Assembly: GCA_964304625.1 (NCBI GenBank)
Contig: OZ199839.1
Span: 10,137,087-10,201,086 of the forward strand
Source: Kudoa neothunni
Lineage: Eukaryota; Animalia; Cnidaria
Direction: 5' to 3'
Length of the DNA: 64,000 nucleotides
Below, one piece after another: positions 31,001-44,828 of this stretch. The stretch's first letter is position 1; the number at the start of each line of letters is the position of its first letter. The notes beneath the pieces are model-generated. The model saw nothing but the letters and a program-made list of their open reading frames with translations, had not been told where the DNA came from and ran no database searches. Both the position numbers and the translations under genes were made by a program.

Positions 31001-34000
31001 TGCAAAATAGAATTATTACTAGTTTCATTAGGGAATACAACTAGAATTAATGTTTATCCATCACTAAAGTGATAGCTATCGAAAGAATAAAACACGCACT
31101 AAACCTTTAAGATGATTCGTAATTCCAACTCACCAAGCCAAGCGAATTTTAAAAATACGTTCCGGAAACTAAATATTCAAAACTAAGAGAAATTTGCCTC
31201 AAACTTGTTTCTATCTTTGTAACAACTCATTGTTGTGAGTTTATTTATTGAATGATGAAATTTGTAAAACCGAAGCATCGTGGATTCCTCCCACACAAAC
31301 AAGCACCTGACGGAGCTAATTCGTACAGCGTTAACAGCATACGAACCAGACTACTACAGTCAGCTCATTGATAATATGGAAACAAAAAACTTGTAACATT
31401 AGAAACGATTTCTAAAATATTTTGTTCTAAAGTATTAAATTATTGTGTTATTATTTTACTCGTAAATATTAAATTTTATTTTTTGTCACAATACCATACA
31501 TGATTAAATATGGAAAATATTTTACTATTTTCACAGAGAAAAAGTTTCTTGGATCGTTAATTACTTATTTACTTTTTTGGAAAACCATCATAAATTACAC
31601 CTGAAAAAATAATAAGTAAGTTCTCCAGTGATTAACTGAATAAGAAAAAATTAAAAAACCTTTATTTATAATGTTACAGCATTTTATCTTAATATTTGAC
31701 AACAATTTTTCAATAACGAAGATTACATAAATGATTTCAATGCCTTGTGGCTCTTCAAAATTTGGACAACTATAAGGTTGGCTCCCGGTATGGTCTGGAC
31801 AAGTCTGGCCACCATTGGTATATATGCTACGTCATATATGTCGTACTTTATCCAAAATTATGAATAGTAGTTGTTCCAGTTACATGATTCCGAATATTCG
31901 AGCATTCATCGGCACGCAGTTTCAATAAACTCCAAATAAAATATAAAATATCTTCCGGATAATCGATGTCTAATTGTAATAAAAAAATGATTCACTACTT
32001 AATGCACTAGCCGAGTGCTCTCTAATTAATTCGTAACATAATTCAAAAAAATACACTAGATATTCATAATAACCATAATATTCAGCCATATCTCACTTTA
32101 ATTTATTGATAGTACCTTAAACGCGCAACGACGAGCAATAAATAGTTTAATTGTAAATTTCCTAGGATATAAACAAGCATATCACTCGACTCGATTCGAC
32201 TCGAATATGGTAGTTGTTAGGATTGAAAGTGGTTATTATTTGCACATGCATCAAATATAAAATTAAATTCTTTCGTAAAATTTATGCAAATTGTTTCTGT
32301 GAAATAATTAAAAGACTGTTACGTCATTATAATTAATCGTTAATTCTGTGAACGTATGAATCCCTTAGTCCAATTTTAGGAGTTATTGGCTTATTTTAAT
32401 AAATAAAAACAAAAGTAGTTGGATACTTGAAAAATGACATCAGAAGAATCTATAACCTATAAACAATAAACAATAAACAATAAACAATAATAAGGGTGAT
32501 AAGATTCAATTAGATAATGCATACTTTATACAACTCATTCCATATTCGTTTCGATTGACCGTAGCTGAATGTCGGGTCTTGAAACTTGTCACTAATAGAT
32601 ATAAAAAATAACGAAAAAAATCCAAATTTTATTCTACATGAATGCGATATCTTCGGTTGTAGTTTGAGGCTGATTTTTGTCGAAATCCTCTTTAAATCCT
32701 CATCAAAAACAAAATCACTGACAACTCAAATAAAAATACCCAGTTTTGATTGAGTTTGTTTTGCTAACTCCTAAAAAATTATATGCCCAATTAAAAATAA
32801 TCAATCTCAACAAAAATGATACTTCTAACGAGCCCACATTTAATTTCGGTTTATTTCGCTGCGCCTTTTTTCCAAAAGTATCTTGATAGCTTTCGGTGTC
32901 AAGAATATGCACACGATTACTCTAATGAATGAAAGCAAATTATTATAGTATCGACAATGTGAATTAAATATTGATTATCACCATAATACAAAGTAATCAT
33001 ACATATGCGTCACAAAATATTTTACTCATAAAATTGATTACAGTAGATGACGGGTAGTCCGTAACTTTTGGTAGATGGGCGCGCTACACTGTTTCAAATA
33101 ACACAAAATAGAAGTTGATAATTAACAACAAAAATTTTTATTAAATATTCCGTAATTATAGTATTTTCTGTGTTGTTATGATTAGTTAACGTACTTGCTC
33201 TTCAATATTCTTAAGTATATTCGTATTTTTTCGAACCAAGCTCAATAAGACATCGCTTAAGTTTGCCAAAGTAAAATGTAAAATAGGACAGTTTTAGAAA
33301 TTAATATTTTTATTTTTAAACTCATAAATATCTCTTTGATTTCAATCTCGGTGAGATCACATCGTCTGGATCTCCACGAACCTCGTTACCATTACATCAT
33401 TATTCATTTCATTCATCTCAACAGGAAATTTTAACTATCGTCTTTATCTAAATTATCAGTAGCAACAGAAATATTTTCGTGATTAAATTTCGCCTTAGTA
33501 AAACAATTAACAATGATTATTTCAGTCATCAAATCAGAAGAACTTTATTTAACAACAGTTCATCCTAAATATTAGAAGATACAGGTTCTATCGAATCGTT
33601 GATTGAAGAAATGAGGCGTTTTATCGTATATACTTTATAGCGGAATTTAACCGAGTACATTATGCTCAGATCTATAGGTCGGAGAGTATTCAGAGTGTTG
33701 TTGGTAAGAAAATGAGTTTAATATTCGATTATTCCAATTTTACATGACTGTTGGAATTGTCTACAAACAAAAAATCATTTCTCTATTGTTTTTAAGGTGT
33801 GCCGTATTTTCTTAAACCAAACTGCGTTTGAATGCGCCAATTATGTCATCCCTTTATTTAAAATAAAATAATGTAGATAAGGATGATGCATTAAAAAATT
33901 TTGTAGTTCTTGATTTTGCCGCTGCTTTGACTGACTGTCAAAATAATTGATTATTTTTTATTTTTCTGTAATAGATCTAACATCGCTTTGTATTTTCATC

Positions 34001-36823
34001 TTCAATAAATAGTTCTTACAAAAAAAAAACTGGATGTTTGTTCATCCAAAAATGTTACGAACCACAGGTCAGTCAAGAAAAATAGGCACTGGCTATTCAT
34101 AATTCATTCGGTGGTAAGAAATATCCTCTAGGATAATTAAGATATTACAAAACTGATTTCGCTAATATGTTAAGCTACTTTTTCTTTCCACATTTATACA
34201 AAATTTATTAAGTTAGTATTTTATTAAAAATTTCTGATGAGTATGATCCTTTAATCAACCTATATTTATTGAATCCACTTATTTATAAATATAGTAGCAT
34301 GTGGAATATGTTTGAAGGATAAAAATGACAAATTCATTACCACAAATAAGTTCAGAGGTTATAGTCATGAACCAAGCGTGCCATTCGTTCTAGCCGGCCA
34401 AAGTAACCTTGTCTACTACTCTATTACTCTACTACTCAAATACGCACGAAACGTTGTTTTTAATGCTACAAATCTGTTGATTTTTAAAGAAATTTCTGAA
34501 TCTATTTCTTGGTATTGATTTAAAGTTGATATATTTTATGTATAAATAATTTAGAAGAAATATTTACATATTCAAATCCCTTAATTTTAAGAGTGGATGA
34601 CCTTTTTGTTCAAAATTTAATGTATAAGTGTTAAAATAATTCTATTCCTTAAACCAAGCTTTTTTGAAATAGAATTCGAAAAGGTTTGCTCTGTATCAAC
34701 CACAGTAATGTATAATGAAAAAAATTTGTATCGATTGATAATCAACGCATAGAATTGATAAAGAAACGGTGAAAATTAAAAATCGAATTCTTTTTGAAAT
34801 TTTAATAGGATATTAAAAAATCCCATATGTTTTGAATATTAGTGTTACTTTCAATAGAGTATAAAGGAAATTTAAGAGATCCCCGTCTAGAAGAAATCAC
34901 AACTCAATAAGTTTTCCTAAATAATCATGGTAAGGAAAGAAAATCTCAATGTAATAGTAACAATTCACTCATCCACAAAAATTTTAATATTCATAAATAT
35001 TTTTGTGAAATGTGACGCTACCGAAAACAACACAGAGAATTTTAAGTATAATTTCTCTCGAGGTAAGATTGTAACTCAAATATATTAAATTTAAGAATTT
35101 TTAAATAATATTAAAAAGTATATTATTATGCGTAAGCAATATAAATTTGAATTAATCTCAGCATCTTAAATTCTCAAATACAACCCAGCCAAAACAATTC
35201 TCGAGTGTCAAATATTAGAAATTGTAAAATAATGCCCATTTGGATATTTAATAAGGCAGAGAAATCTAGCCACCATCTTTTGGTTTAAAAAAAATTCAAT
35301 GTATTAGAACAAACATTATTGTACTTCAAAAAAAGTCAAATTATGTTTCCCAAATAAATAAAATTTAAAATATATTTATTATTATTCATGTATAAATTAT
35401 GTAATAAATTAAATTATGTAATAAATTAAATTATGTAATAAATTAAATTATGTAATAAATTAAATTATGTAATAAATTAAATTATGTAATAAATTAAATT
35501 ATGTAATAAATTAAATTATGTAATAAATTAAATTATGTAATAAATGGTCTCGAAAAATATTAAATACATATTTCAATACATTTCACGAAATAAATAATTT
35601 CCAATAAAATTAACCAAATTCATAACGTTTACTTTCATGTAATCAACAAATCAAGACCATCGTACCACCTGCTATGTCTATGTAAGCGCAGATGAAATCG
35701 TGTGTAACTCAAATTCAACGAACACGTAGTTTACGAATAAAGCATTTTCCCCACAAATTATTACTTTGACAAATAGTTTTATACATAAGCAGATTTAAAG
35801 AACCAACCACGATATAACGCTCAATCTCACCAGTGAATTTTAATAAAAAGATATCTTTACGAAATTTTATTTTCGAGGAAATAAAAATTGCTTTACGCAA
35901 TAATGAAATCAGTTTTATAAAATCTTAGCTATTCCAGGAGATATTTTTTACCCCAAGAATAGCCAATGCCAACAAAATAAGGGAAAATTACAAAAATTTA
36001 ATTATTTGACAGTAAATATTTTGAGCTAGAACCTAACAGTTCATTTTCTCTACAATTTCTAATTTTCACACATTTCCGAAAGTTACGAACCACCTACATC
36101 TACTACATCGACTGTATTACTTTTTATGTGGAATTAGGAAATTATTCTATACATTAAACTGTCATAAATTTTTAATAATTGTGCTGTCCTAATCACAACA
36201 CTACGCTCAAAATATTAAAATCATAAAACGCAATCTGATAATTTCAGTAATTGAACGTACGGTCTTTTTTTCTTGTAAAAGTGAAATTGGTAACCTGCCA
36301 GGTTTTAAAACCACCTAAATGTACTATTAACATCAATCACAATAATCTATTCGATATGACTTTATAATTGTTTCCAACTGTGGATTTGATATCGTCGGCA
36401 AACTTATTCAATGTGTCTTGAGAAATAACTCTACTGTTCCCGAACCATTTTCTGTTGGGAGCAATTCGAGAAACCTCACCAGATACTACGGGCTTTTGAA
36501 GATCGGCATGCTTCACTATTCGTCCCAACTTATCACTAAGCCACATACAAAATTTAAATCATCGAATATAAAAGTAATGTAATGTAAACAATGATGTGAT
36601 AGAATACAAAAAACGAATATAATTAGTTACCGTACAGCCTTTCCACTGGAATACATTTTCAATCGTTTCACGGTGGCTCTGCTTCGCATTGTGGAACCTT
36701 TCTCCACTTTACCCCTATCTACTGCGAAATCGTAACTTCCACGTTCAACACCATAGGCATATCACCTTCAGATAAACTGTTTTTGGGTTTTTTCCCCTGT
36801 TCGACCATTTTAGGCTTAGCCAT
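28025..36823 (-). CDS. GNL2: Nucleolar GTP-binding protein 2 (circularly permuted GTPase, NOG2)
   Basis: Spliced exons give [73 protein letters not shown] and [10 protein letters not shown]. Two giant introns: 29157-32426 and 32922-36260. Confidence 0.95.
30801..31817 (+). mobile_element. hAT (Charlie/GTF2IRD2-like) deletion derivative inside a GNL2 intron
   Basis: Imperfect TIRs CAGATGTGGCTAAAC / CAATGGTGGCCAGAC; flanks ATATATAT/GTATATAT. 31145-31360 encodes a broken hAT dimerisation domain ([53 protein letters not shown]). Confidence 0.8.
33560..33900 (+). mobile_element. Possible piggyBac-like transposase remnant in a GNL2 intron
   Basis: Broken fragments EEMRRFI, KKMS, FKV and VD.MM occur in the order expected for PGBD proteins; no termini found. 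Confidence 0.3.
35393..35545. repeat. Minisatellite, 9 x 17 bp TAAATTATGTAATAAAT
   Basis: Perfect tandem copies inside the GNL2 intron. Confidence 0.95.
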
Positions 36824-36926
36824 GTTTTATCTTCGGGATTCATCGGCAGCCTATTTTTAAACCAACGTTGGGGTTGACCAATTGTTTTAGTTGGGATTGA
36901 ATTTCTTCTAGGTTTTTATTTTTTCT

Positions 36927-37224
36927 ATGAAATTCGAAGATTTCCCACCCTTCCAGGTTTACGATAAAGATTTCTCGAAGGATCCTTTGAAGCCGTTGAT
37001 AAAATTTGCTTGTAACGAAACAAGAAAATACCTTGATTTATGGTGGGTTTTCAAGAGCGAACCATTTTTAATTAGGAATATTTAGTGTACTCTATTATGG
37101 AGATGAACATAATTTTTGCCTAAAATGGCGTAAACAACATTACACTTGTATGGATCAATATGGATACAATCTAAGGAAATACGGCCTTGACGATAACATT
37201 GATGATGTTGACATGAATTCCTAA
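36927..37224 (+). CDS. COX17-like twin CX9C protein lacking the CC copper-binding motif (84 aa)
   Basis: Exons 36927-37042 and 37086-37224 give MKFEDFPPFQVYDKDFSKDPLKPLIKFACNETRKYLDLCVLYYGDEHNFCLKWRKQHYTCMDQYGYNLRKYGLDDNIDDVDMNS. Exon 1 length (116 nt) and intron phase are the same as in COX17 at 44829-45078. Confidence 0.85.
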
Positions 37225-40200
37225 TCATGGATCCACATTTCATGAATTGATAATATTATCGCTCTTAATTTTTATTGTGTTTGTTGGGTGTATAATTTTT
37301 GTCTTTCTCTATATGTAGTCTGATTTTTATTCATATATATATATAATTAAATATTTTGAATAATGATTGAATTTGTATTGGTTTCCAGTCCATTAACCAA
37401 TTAAATTGAGTTGGATAAATTAATGATTTAATATTAAATTAAAAATGAGATGTGAACTTTTTAGCATTTTCCGAAATTTTTCTTTATGCTCAAACATTGC
37501 GCTTTTTTTAATTTTTTTAAAAAAATTAACGATATTTCAATAAAGTGTGCTGTGTGCGCGATCTTCTTAATAAAAATGCGAACACAGCAGTTCCTTATAT
37601 ATACATATGCTCTGTAACAATGCGGCTAAGAGTTTTTAGATGTTATTTCAAATTGAAATCCTTACAGAGTGGTAATATTTGATTATGTAGATTTTCCAAG
37701 TAGAGTAATCCGCAAGGGGTGTTTGTAATGATTTACCACGAATAAATGAAAAATACGTTAAAATTTATTCATATCATTCGAAAATCTGTTTTAGTCTAGT
37801 GTTAAAATAATTATTTATATTAATTAGGAAATTCCTAATGTTTTACTGTTTTACTGTTTTACATAAAAGAGAATTTAAATGCCCAAATTTATTTTTCGCG
37901 ATCTCAGAATAATATATTATGTAAAAATAGTTGGTTGTATCGATTATAAAAAGTTAAAATTCTAGCATTCATTATCATCAAATTAAAGAACAAACAATGA
38001 AAATCCAATAATAATCGTATTTATGTGTAGCATAATAACTATGTAAAAATTTCGGGCTGCCACTGAAACACATTGAAAATTTATTTTGTGTCTGATTTGT
38101 TAACAATGGATTAACATAACCAATATGCTTACATCGATCAATTTTTTTGTCCACTTGATTCTCAAACCTATTCCATATCCCAAAATATTTAAACCTGAAG
38201 CTTTTAAATATTTTTACAGCAGATTGAGTTTTAGAATATGTTTTTATCCTGAAATGAATATATTATATAAATCCAAAATAATGACAATAATAATAGATTT
38301 GATTTGATTTGATTTGAGGTTCTCAACCGTTTTTCCAATCAACCTCCGACTTGATGAGAAATTCAAATATACTTTAAGATTTTAAATTGATTTAACTATG
38401 ATAGAGACTGTTTTCAAGGTAACTTCTAATCCTAAATGGCACGTACGCCAGTGTAATGACAGTTTTTAATCCTATCTACTCTAACTCACAAGCTGTATAC
38501 AGATTTTATTTTTTTAAATTTTTCTATATTAAATTATTTCTGATCCTTCCTTACCTTTTAATGGTCGGACATAATTAAAAATAGTCAAAACTTATAACAT
38601 CTAAATATCGTTTACGATACATATAGTCACTTTAGGTATTATTATTATTATTATTATTAATAGATTGTTCATAGTTTTATAAATATTTGTTAAATACTCA
38701 TTCTTTAAAACATATAAGAATTTCTGCTATCTTATTATTGAGTTTAATAGCCCCTAATAATATAATTCCGTAGAAATCATTATTAGGTACGTCACAATCC
38801 TCAATATGCAAAAACTTCCCCTATTCAATTTTGATGCTATTTAATTTACCCCTGGATTAGATAATACATAACGATAATCCTTGTGTGAATAATACCTAAA
38901 CTATTCAAATATATGTGATGATTATTCAACTACGACAAATTTTATTATTATAAAACTGCTTTTTTGAAATATAATAGGATTACGCATTAAAATAAATCAT
39001 ATTTTTTTAAAAAGCGCTATATCAAGTACTTGAATGAGTATTTTTGTGTTATAACTCACAAAAATTATTTTAAATTTGTTTGCATATAGATAAAAATCAT
39101 TTTAACTCGCCAAAACTGTTTTGGAGATAATATTCAAAATAGAGCACCATTGAGCTGCAAATTTTCTCTTGTTCATTTAAATTAAAAATGGACATTGGTC
39201 ACAAAAGGTTTAACAGCCCTTCCCAATAATATGATGGATTGATAAAAACGTGTGTTGTATTATATGTTATCTTCACTCTTGTATATTTATATTTCTTTTT
39301 GTTTTTTCAAATTTCATAGTCCTAAAATCCTTGTACAATGAAGTGCATTCGTAAAATTTACAAGCTTTTTGTAAAATACAGGAAAATAACGCATTTCATG
39401 AAATAAAATTTCGTAGATTGATAGAAAACACAATTATTAAACAAAATCACAAAAAAACTGTGGTCCAAACGGATCCAGTTATATTATATTCCGAGGAGGT
39501 TTGATTAATTGTTAGTTAGAAGGTTGAGTTCAAAAAATCAATACTTTTAAAAAATTGTGGATCCATAGAAAATATATTGGGAAACACTGTACTAGGGTTT
39601 AGTTGAAAATTACTACGCATCTAAGTCTTACTTTTGAGAAGCAAAACAAATATGGTTATATAAATTAATCTTCAGAATTTCCTTGGAAATAAATGTAGCC
39701 ATAGAGTTGAATTAATTTGAAAATAAATTTCCAAGACTTGACCGTTTCACTAAGCTAAATTCAAGTTGTATATTAATCGTTGCGAAATACCTATTGTTCC
39801 ACTGACAAATATTGTTATTTGTTAGCTTTCTTATTTCAAAATTTTTATCTAATATATCGATGTTCTTCTGATGTGTTAAAACAGGTGAAAGAAGAGACTA
39901 AATTTAAAATTTGAAAATTCGCGGATAACCCAAAGATTAAGAAAGTATAATTATTATTTATTCTAACCAACGATTGCTAATTTGATCTCAAAATATTATT
40001 TATTTTTTATATTTGTCAAAATTGGTAACTTATTTTCAAATAATATGATACTGGATAACCACCGAGGGCTTGCGAAACGGTTTTTACTACAACTCTAATT
40101 TTTTGCGTTATAATAAAACCCAAAAATTCCATCAATCATATTAATATTATCAATGTTAAAGTCAAAGTTTATAAAAAAAATCACACTATAATGGACGTTG

Positions 40201-40503
40201 CACGTTGCACGTTAAAAGGGAAATATCGCACGGTTTTCATAGAGGAGATTTGAATTTAATCCTAAGATTCCAAATCGTTTGTGGTCATTATCCATGCGCA
40301 CACATTCTAACGTGTTCCAGGAGATTTAAATGAGTGATCTAAACTCTGATTTCGCCACCTTCAAATACCAAAAAAAGTGAAATTCTAATAATGAAGAATC
40401 TACCTAAATTTTATCACACAATTTAAACACTCCTGTCTACCATATAAATCCATTCAAAAATCAAAATTACAAATGCGCTTGCGTAATATTTGACCAACTA
40501 AAT

Positions 40504-41344
40504 ATGGAGGAGATGCAACGGACACCTTGGTATTCATAACCCACATAATGTTAGCTGATGTTTTTGTGTGTATGTAGTCCGGAAAGAATATTAGAAGATA
40601 CTGGAGGAGCGTTTTTGATTGGATCTATTGGGAGTTCAATTTTGTACACCCTGAAAGGAATACGAAATATGCCGGTGGTATGTTTTTATTGGTGGTGAAT
40701 TTTTATCATAAAAAATCGTTAAGGGGCACAAAATGAGGGGTATCTCTTCCATGATACGAATGAGAAGTCCGACAGTTGCAGGTGACGATTGATTGGATTT
40801 TATGTGGTTTTATCGACATAATCTAGGCAATTTCGCTATGTGGGGTTTAGCATTTTCTTCGGTAGAGTGTACTTTGGTTGGAATACGCAAAAAAGAGGAT
40901 CCTTTCAATAGTATTATGGCTGGAGGTGTTGCCGGTGGATTGTTAACAATACACAGTATTTTGGGTTGGTGTGTAACTGGTTGTTTGATTTTGTGATCAA
41001 CAGAGGGTGCTAAAGCCATCAGAAATTCTGCATTCTTTGGATTCTTAATTTTAGCTCTTATCGAAGGGGTTAGTTATCAACTTAACAAATCGATGCAACA
41101 GCAGATGGAAAATAGTAAACACTTTGGGCTCCAATATAATGATGTTAATATTGTTGATATAGTGCAAGAAATGAATAACCGACTTTATGGTATTCAAAAC
41201 AACCCAAAAAACAAAGGATCCCCTCCTGCCGCTCCTACTGGGCGTATGTCAGATCTTGACATAGACACCCTCGGCCCAGCTGAACTTGAAGATCCCAGAA
41301 TCAACAATTTTAAGTTGAACAGAAAATTTAGCCTTTTTAGTTAA
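40504..41344 (+). CDS. TIMM17: Mitochondrial inner-membrane translocase subunit Tim17
   Basis: Five exons: MEEMQRTPCPERILEDTGGAF..GNFAMWGLAFSSVECTLVGIRKKEDPFNSIMAGG..GFLILALIEGV, then a long hydrophilic tail. Confidence 0.93.
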
Positions 41345-41472
41345 TTTTATTCTTGTATATTTTTCTCTGTATCCGCTGTTATCCATTATTTGTAATATTG
41401 AGTGGTTGTCTTTTTTTTCGCATGTTGCATTATATATTTTCTATTATACTATTGAATTAAATATATCTAGAT

Positions 41473-43390
41473 ACAGTAAGTGATGGATAATCGGTAATTT
41501 TTGTTTTGTTTATTTTATGCGGAAATTACGCGTATTTTGAATTTATTTTTCTCATTCATTTACACTAATATAATAATAAACAATAATAAAAATTTGGAGT
41601 GTACTTAAGAATATTTGTGCTGTAGCGTCGAATTTGCGCGCTTTTTCAGCCTGCTTAGTAACATGACTGAAACAAAATCTCACAAATGGCGTACATTTAA
41701 CAAAAAATATGAAATATTGAAGTATCTTGAGAATCAACAACCCTAGAGAACGAAAAGCCAGATTGTTAAACATTTCAGTCTTAAATCTGTGTCAACTTTA
41801 AATAGTATATTATCAAAGAAAGCTAAAATTAAGCAAGCTGTTGAAATCGGACTGACAAGACAAATAAAGCTATGTAGTATTCAAGCAAGGTTTAAACAAA
41901 GAAACAGATCTGCAGGTATATGAGTGAATTCCTTGGATGAGCACAAAAAATGTTGAACTGTCTTCAGTGGAAATAATTGCTAAGCGAAATGAAATGAAAT
42001 GAAATACAAAAGGAAATCAGTAAAGACACAGAAGATGTTGGTTACGTGGTTTCAAAGAGTGGTTCAATTCACGTCGATTAAATTTTAATTGAGAGGGAAA
42101 CATCCTTGAAACAAAAACTGTTGATGAATGAAAATTGCAGTTGAAAGAAATCTTGGAGTATTATACACCTCAGAAAGTTTATAATCCAGACGAAATAGCT
42201 TTATTTTTATCGGCATCATCAAAATATGATTAATGAAACCTAATTCAATCAGAATATATTATTTTTTTAAATTTTTGATTTGGGAAGAAATTATGTTCTT
42301 TCTAACGTTACAGCTTCTAAATGCTTAAAGTGCACAAAAAAGGGTCACACTTTTATTAGGTTCCTCTATGTTAGATGAAAAACTTGAACCCGTTGTAATA
42401 ATTGGGCATTATGCTCATCCAATATGTTTTAAAAACCTAACGCAAACATCTATTATTCAAATACAAAAGTCTGGATGATTTCTGATATATTTACCATTAT
42501 TTAATAAAATTAATAAACAAAGTAAGAAAATATTGAGATTTCTCGTTAATGCTAGTTGCCATATATCGCTATAGTTATCCAATATCGAATTCATTTTCTT
42601 TCCTAGAGAGATAACTTCAATATTACAACACATGAATCAAGATGATATTAATTCATTTTAGTCTATTTAAAAAAGACATTTGATAAAAATACCAACTGTT
42701 TTAAATTTAAAATTCCATTGAACTCAATCCTGGGAACATTCCATATGCATTATTGTGGATTAAAGAATCCTGAGATGTTGTAACAAAACAAACTATATTT
42801 AGGTGTTTTTAAAAAACAGAATTTATTTTCGACATCTGTGGCAAATTGGTTAACATAAGGTTTTTATTAAACAAATATCATTTGGATACAAAAGGATACT
42901 AACGAGAGTTTTTGGTCACATCGAATGAAAACAATTGCCCCGATTTCCTCGAATTTATAAATGAGGAAATCCCAGTAGAGTCTGCAGTCTGCGAATATGA
43001 TGGAAATTTTGATAATACAAGCGTTAATATTCCAGATATTATAAAAAACACATCTGGATCAGGTTTGGGGGAAAACCATGAAGAATCTTATGATTCTTCA
43101 GAAACTTCCAAACGCTTCAGATAGTTCAAATAGCTCAAATAAATACCTTAAAGGTTATTTCACAAAAAAATGGTTCTAATGTATATGAATACTTACATAT
43201 AATTGCGATGGAAGTTTTTTCAATCTTAATAAAAAATCAAACACATTAAAATTACAATTTTTTTTAAAAGAAGATAATATATGTTTTTGATGGCGTTTGC
43301 AATAAAAAAGTGCCGATTATCCAACATTGCTGGATAATTGGAACGTTTCCTGCAACCCTATAGGGATTATTTATTTACCGCCATCCATTG
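41473..43390 (+). mobile_element. Degraded pogo/Tigger DNA transposon (transposase pseudogene)
   Basis: Stop- and frameshift-ridden motifs in order: STLNSIL (HTH), WLRGFK, VYNPDEIALF, RVTLLL..EKLEPVVIIG..PICFKN, KVWMISDIF, KILRFLVNASCH, FFPREITSILQHMNQ. TA|CAG left end and CATTG|TA right end. Confidence 0.85.
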
Positions 43391-44828
43391 TATTACATTA
43401 CATTGGATTGTTTAATCACTCATAAAGTTTTTATAAGTGCTTGCATATGGTGCTCATGTGCATTCTCGTCACATATATTTTTTCCTTATTGATTATCTAT
43501 CTTTTGTCTATTTATTTTTTTTCTCTTATGTTAGAATTCGAAACTAAATTTATTTCCAAATATTATAAAAAGTGTGGGTATCAGACAACCTTATTTTTCT
43601 ATGAAATAACCTGTGATTATATTTTTATTAAGATTCTATTAATCGTTACATCATTCAATATAAATACATAAATTATGTAAAATTATATTTAAAGTTTATC
43701 AAAAATTCACTATAATTTCGACGAAATATACGAAAAGTAAAACTAACGGTGAACAAACAAGTATGCATCTAGCTATTTAACTGTGAATATGGAATATTCA
43801 ATTTCGGCTATGACCCTGATAAAATGGGTACTTCTTCTTTGTTATAAATTCCTCTTCTATAATGGAAACTTTTGTTAAAGTTTACGTTCACCATTATGTG
43901 CTTTGAATTCACCCGTAGGTATCATAGTTCGATTTAATTGAGGTACCATATTAGGTAAAAAAAATTGTTGGTCCACAAAGCTAATGCAATTGGAGTTTAA
44001 GTGGAGTCGATTATGATGTGGTGGTTTCCCAGGAGCGAGTCTTTTGATGCTTTAAATTAATACCATGGTCAAAACAAATATGGCGGACGGTTTCATAAGA
44101 ATCACTATGGCTCCCACAGTTATCGTGGGGCTGATATTAACATCCAGAGCTGCACAACTTATTAAACTTCCAAAGAGATTTTACCATAAGAACATAAATC
44201 CATTTATTAATTAGGTCATAATATGCCTATACCTATAATTAATCATTTTTTAAATGATTGATTAACTAAAGATTGCCTTTTTATATTAATTTTAAATAAA
44301 TTTATTGGCATGAAAATAATGAATAATTGATGTAGAGATCAAATTCAGAAAATTCTAACTTTTTATCTAAAACAAATTTATATTCAGAAATTTAAATCTT
44401 CGTTTCATTATATATTTTTGTGATAGTTATTTAAATCCGTCAAAAATAATAATTTTAAACAAAGATAACACAACGTCGAAAAACTTGGAATATATATTTC
44501 GCTGATTTAATCACAATTTCAGATATGATTTATTAACTATGGATTAATTGCATGATATTAACTCTAAAATTAAACTCAAATCACTTATTTCTCATAAACA
44601 GCCACAACAATTTATATTTGATAAAAAAAATCATTTTAAATAAACTCTAACAATGCAATGAATAAATTAAGGAACAATGTGAAAAAAATATTACAACAAA
44701 AATAAAATAAATCGGTTAAAATTGTAAATAAAAATCCAATCATTTATAAAAAAAAATCAACAAATAAAATATCAAATCTAAGAATATTGGAGAAGATTAT
44801 AAAGAATAAAATAGGCTTGATTTTAATC

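Noticed and set aside
38316-39590. Possible hAT element (GGTTCTCAACC ... TTGGGAAACACTG)
   Set aside because: The ends do not pair convincingly and no TSD is seen.
43750-44200. GC-richer stretch with CG..ETVRHICF on the minus strand, like a LINE C-terminal zinc knuckle
   Set aside because: Too short and interrupted by stops to call.
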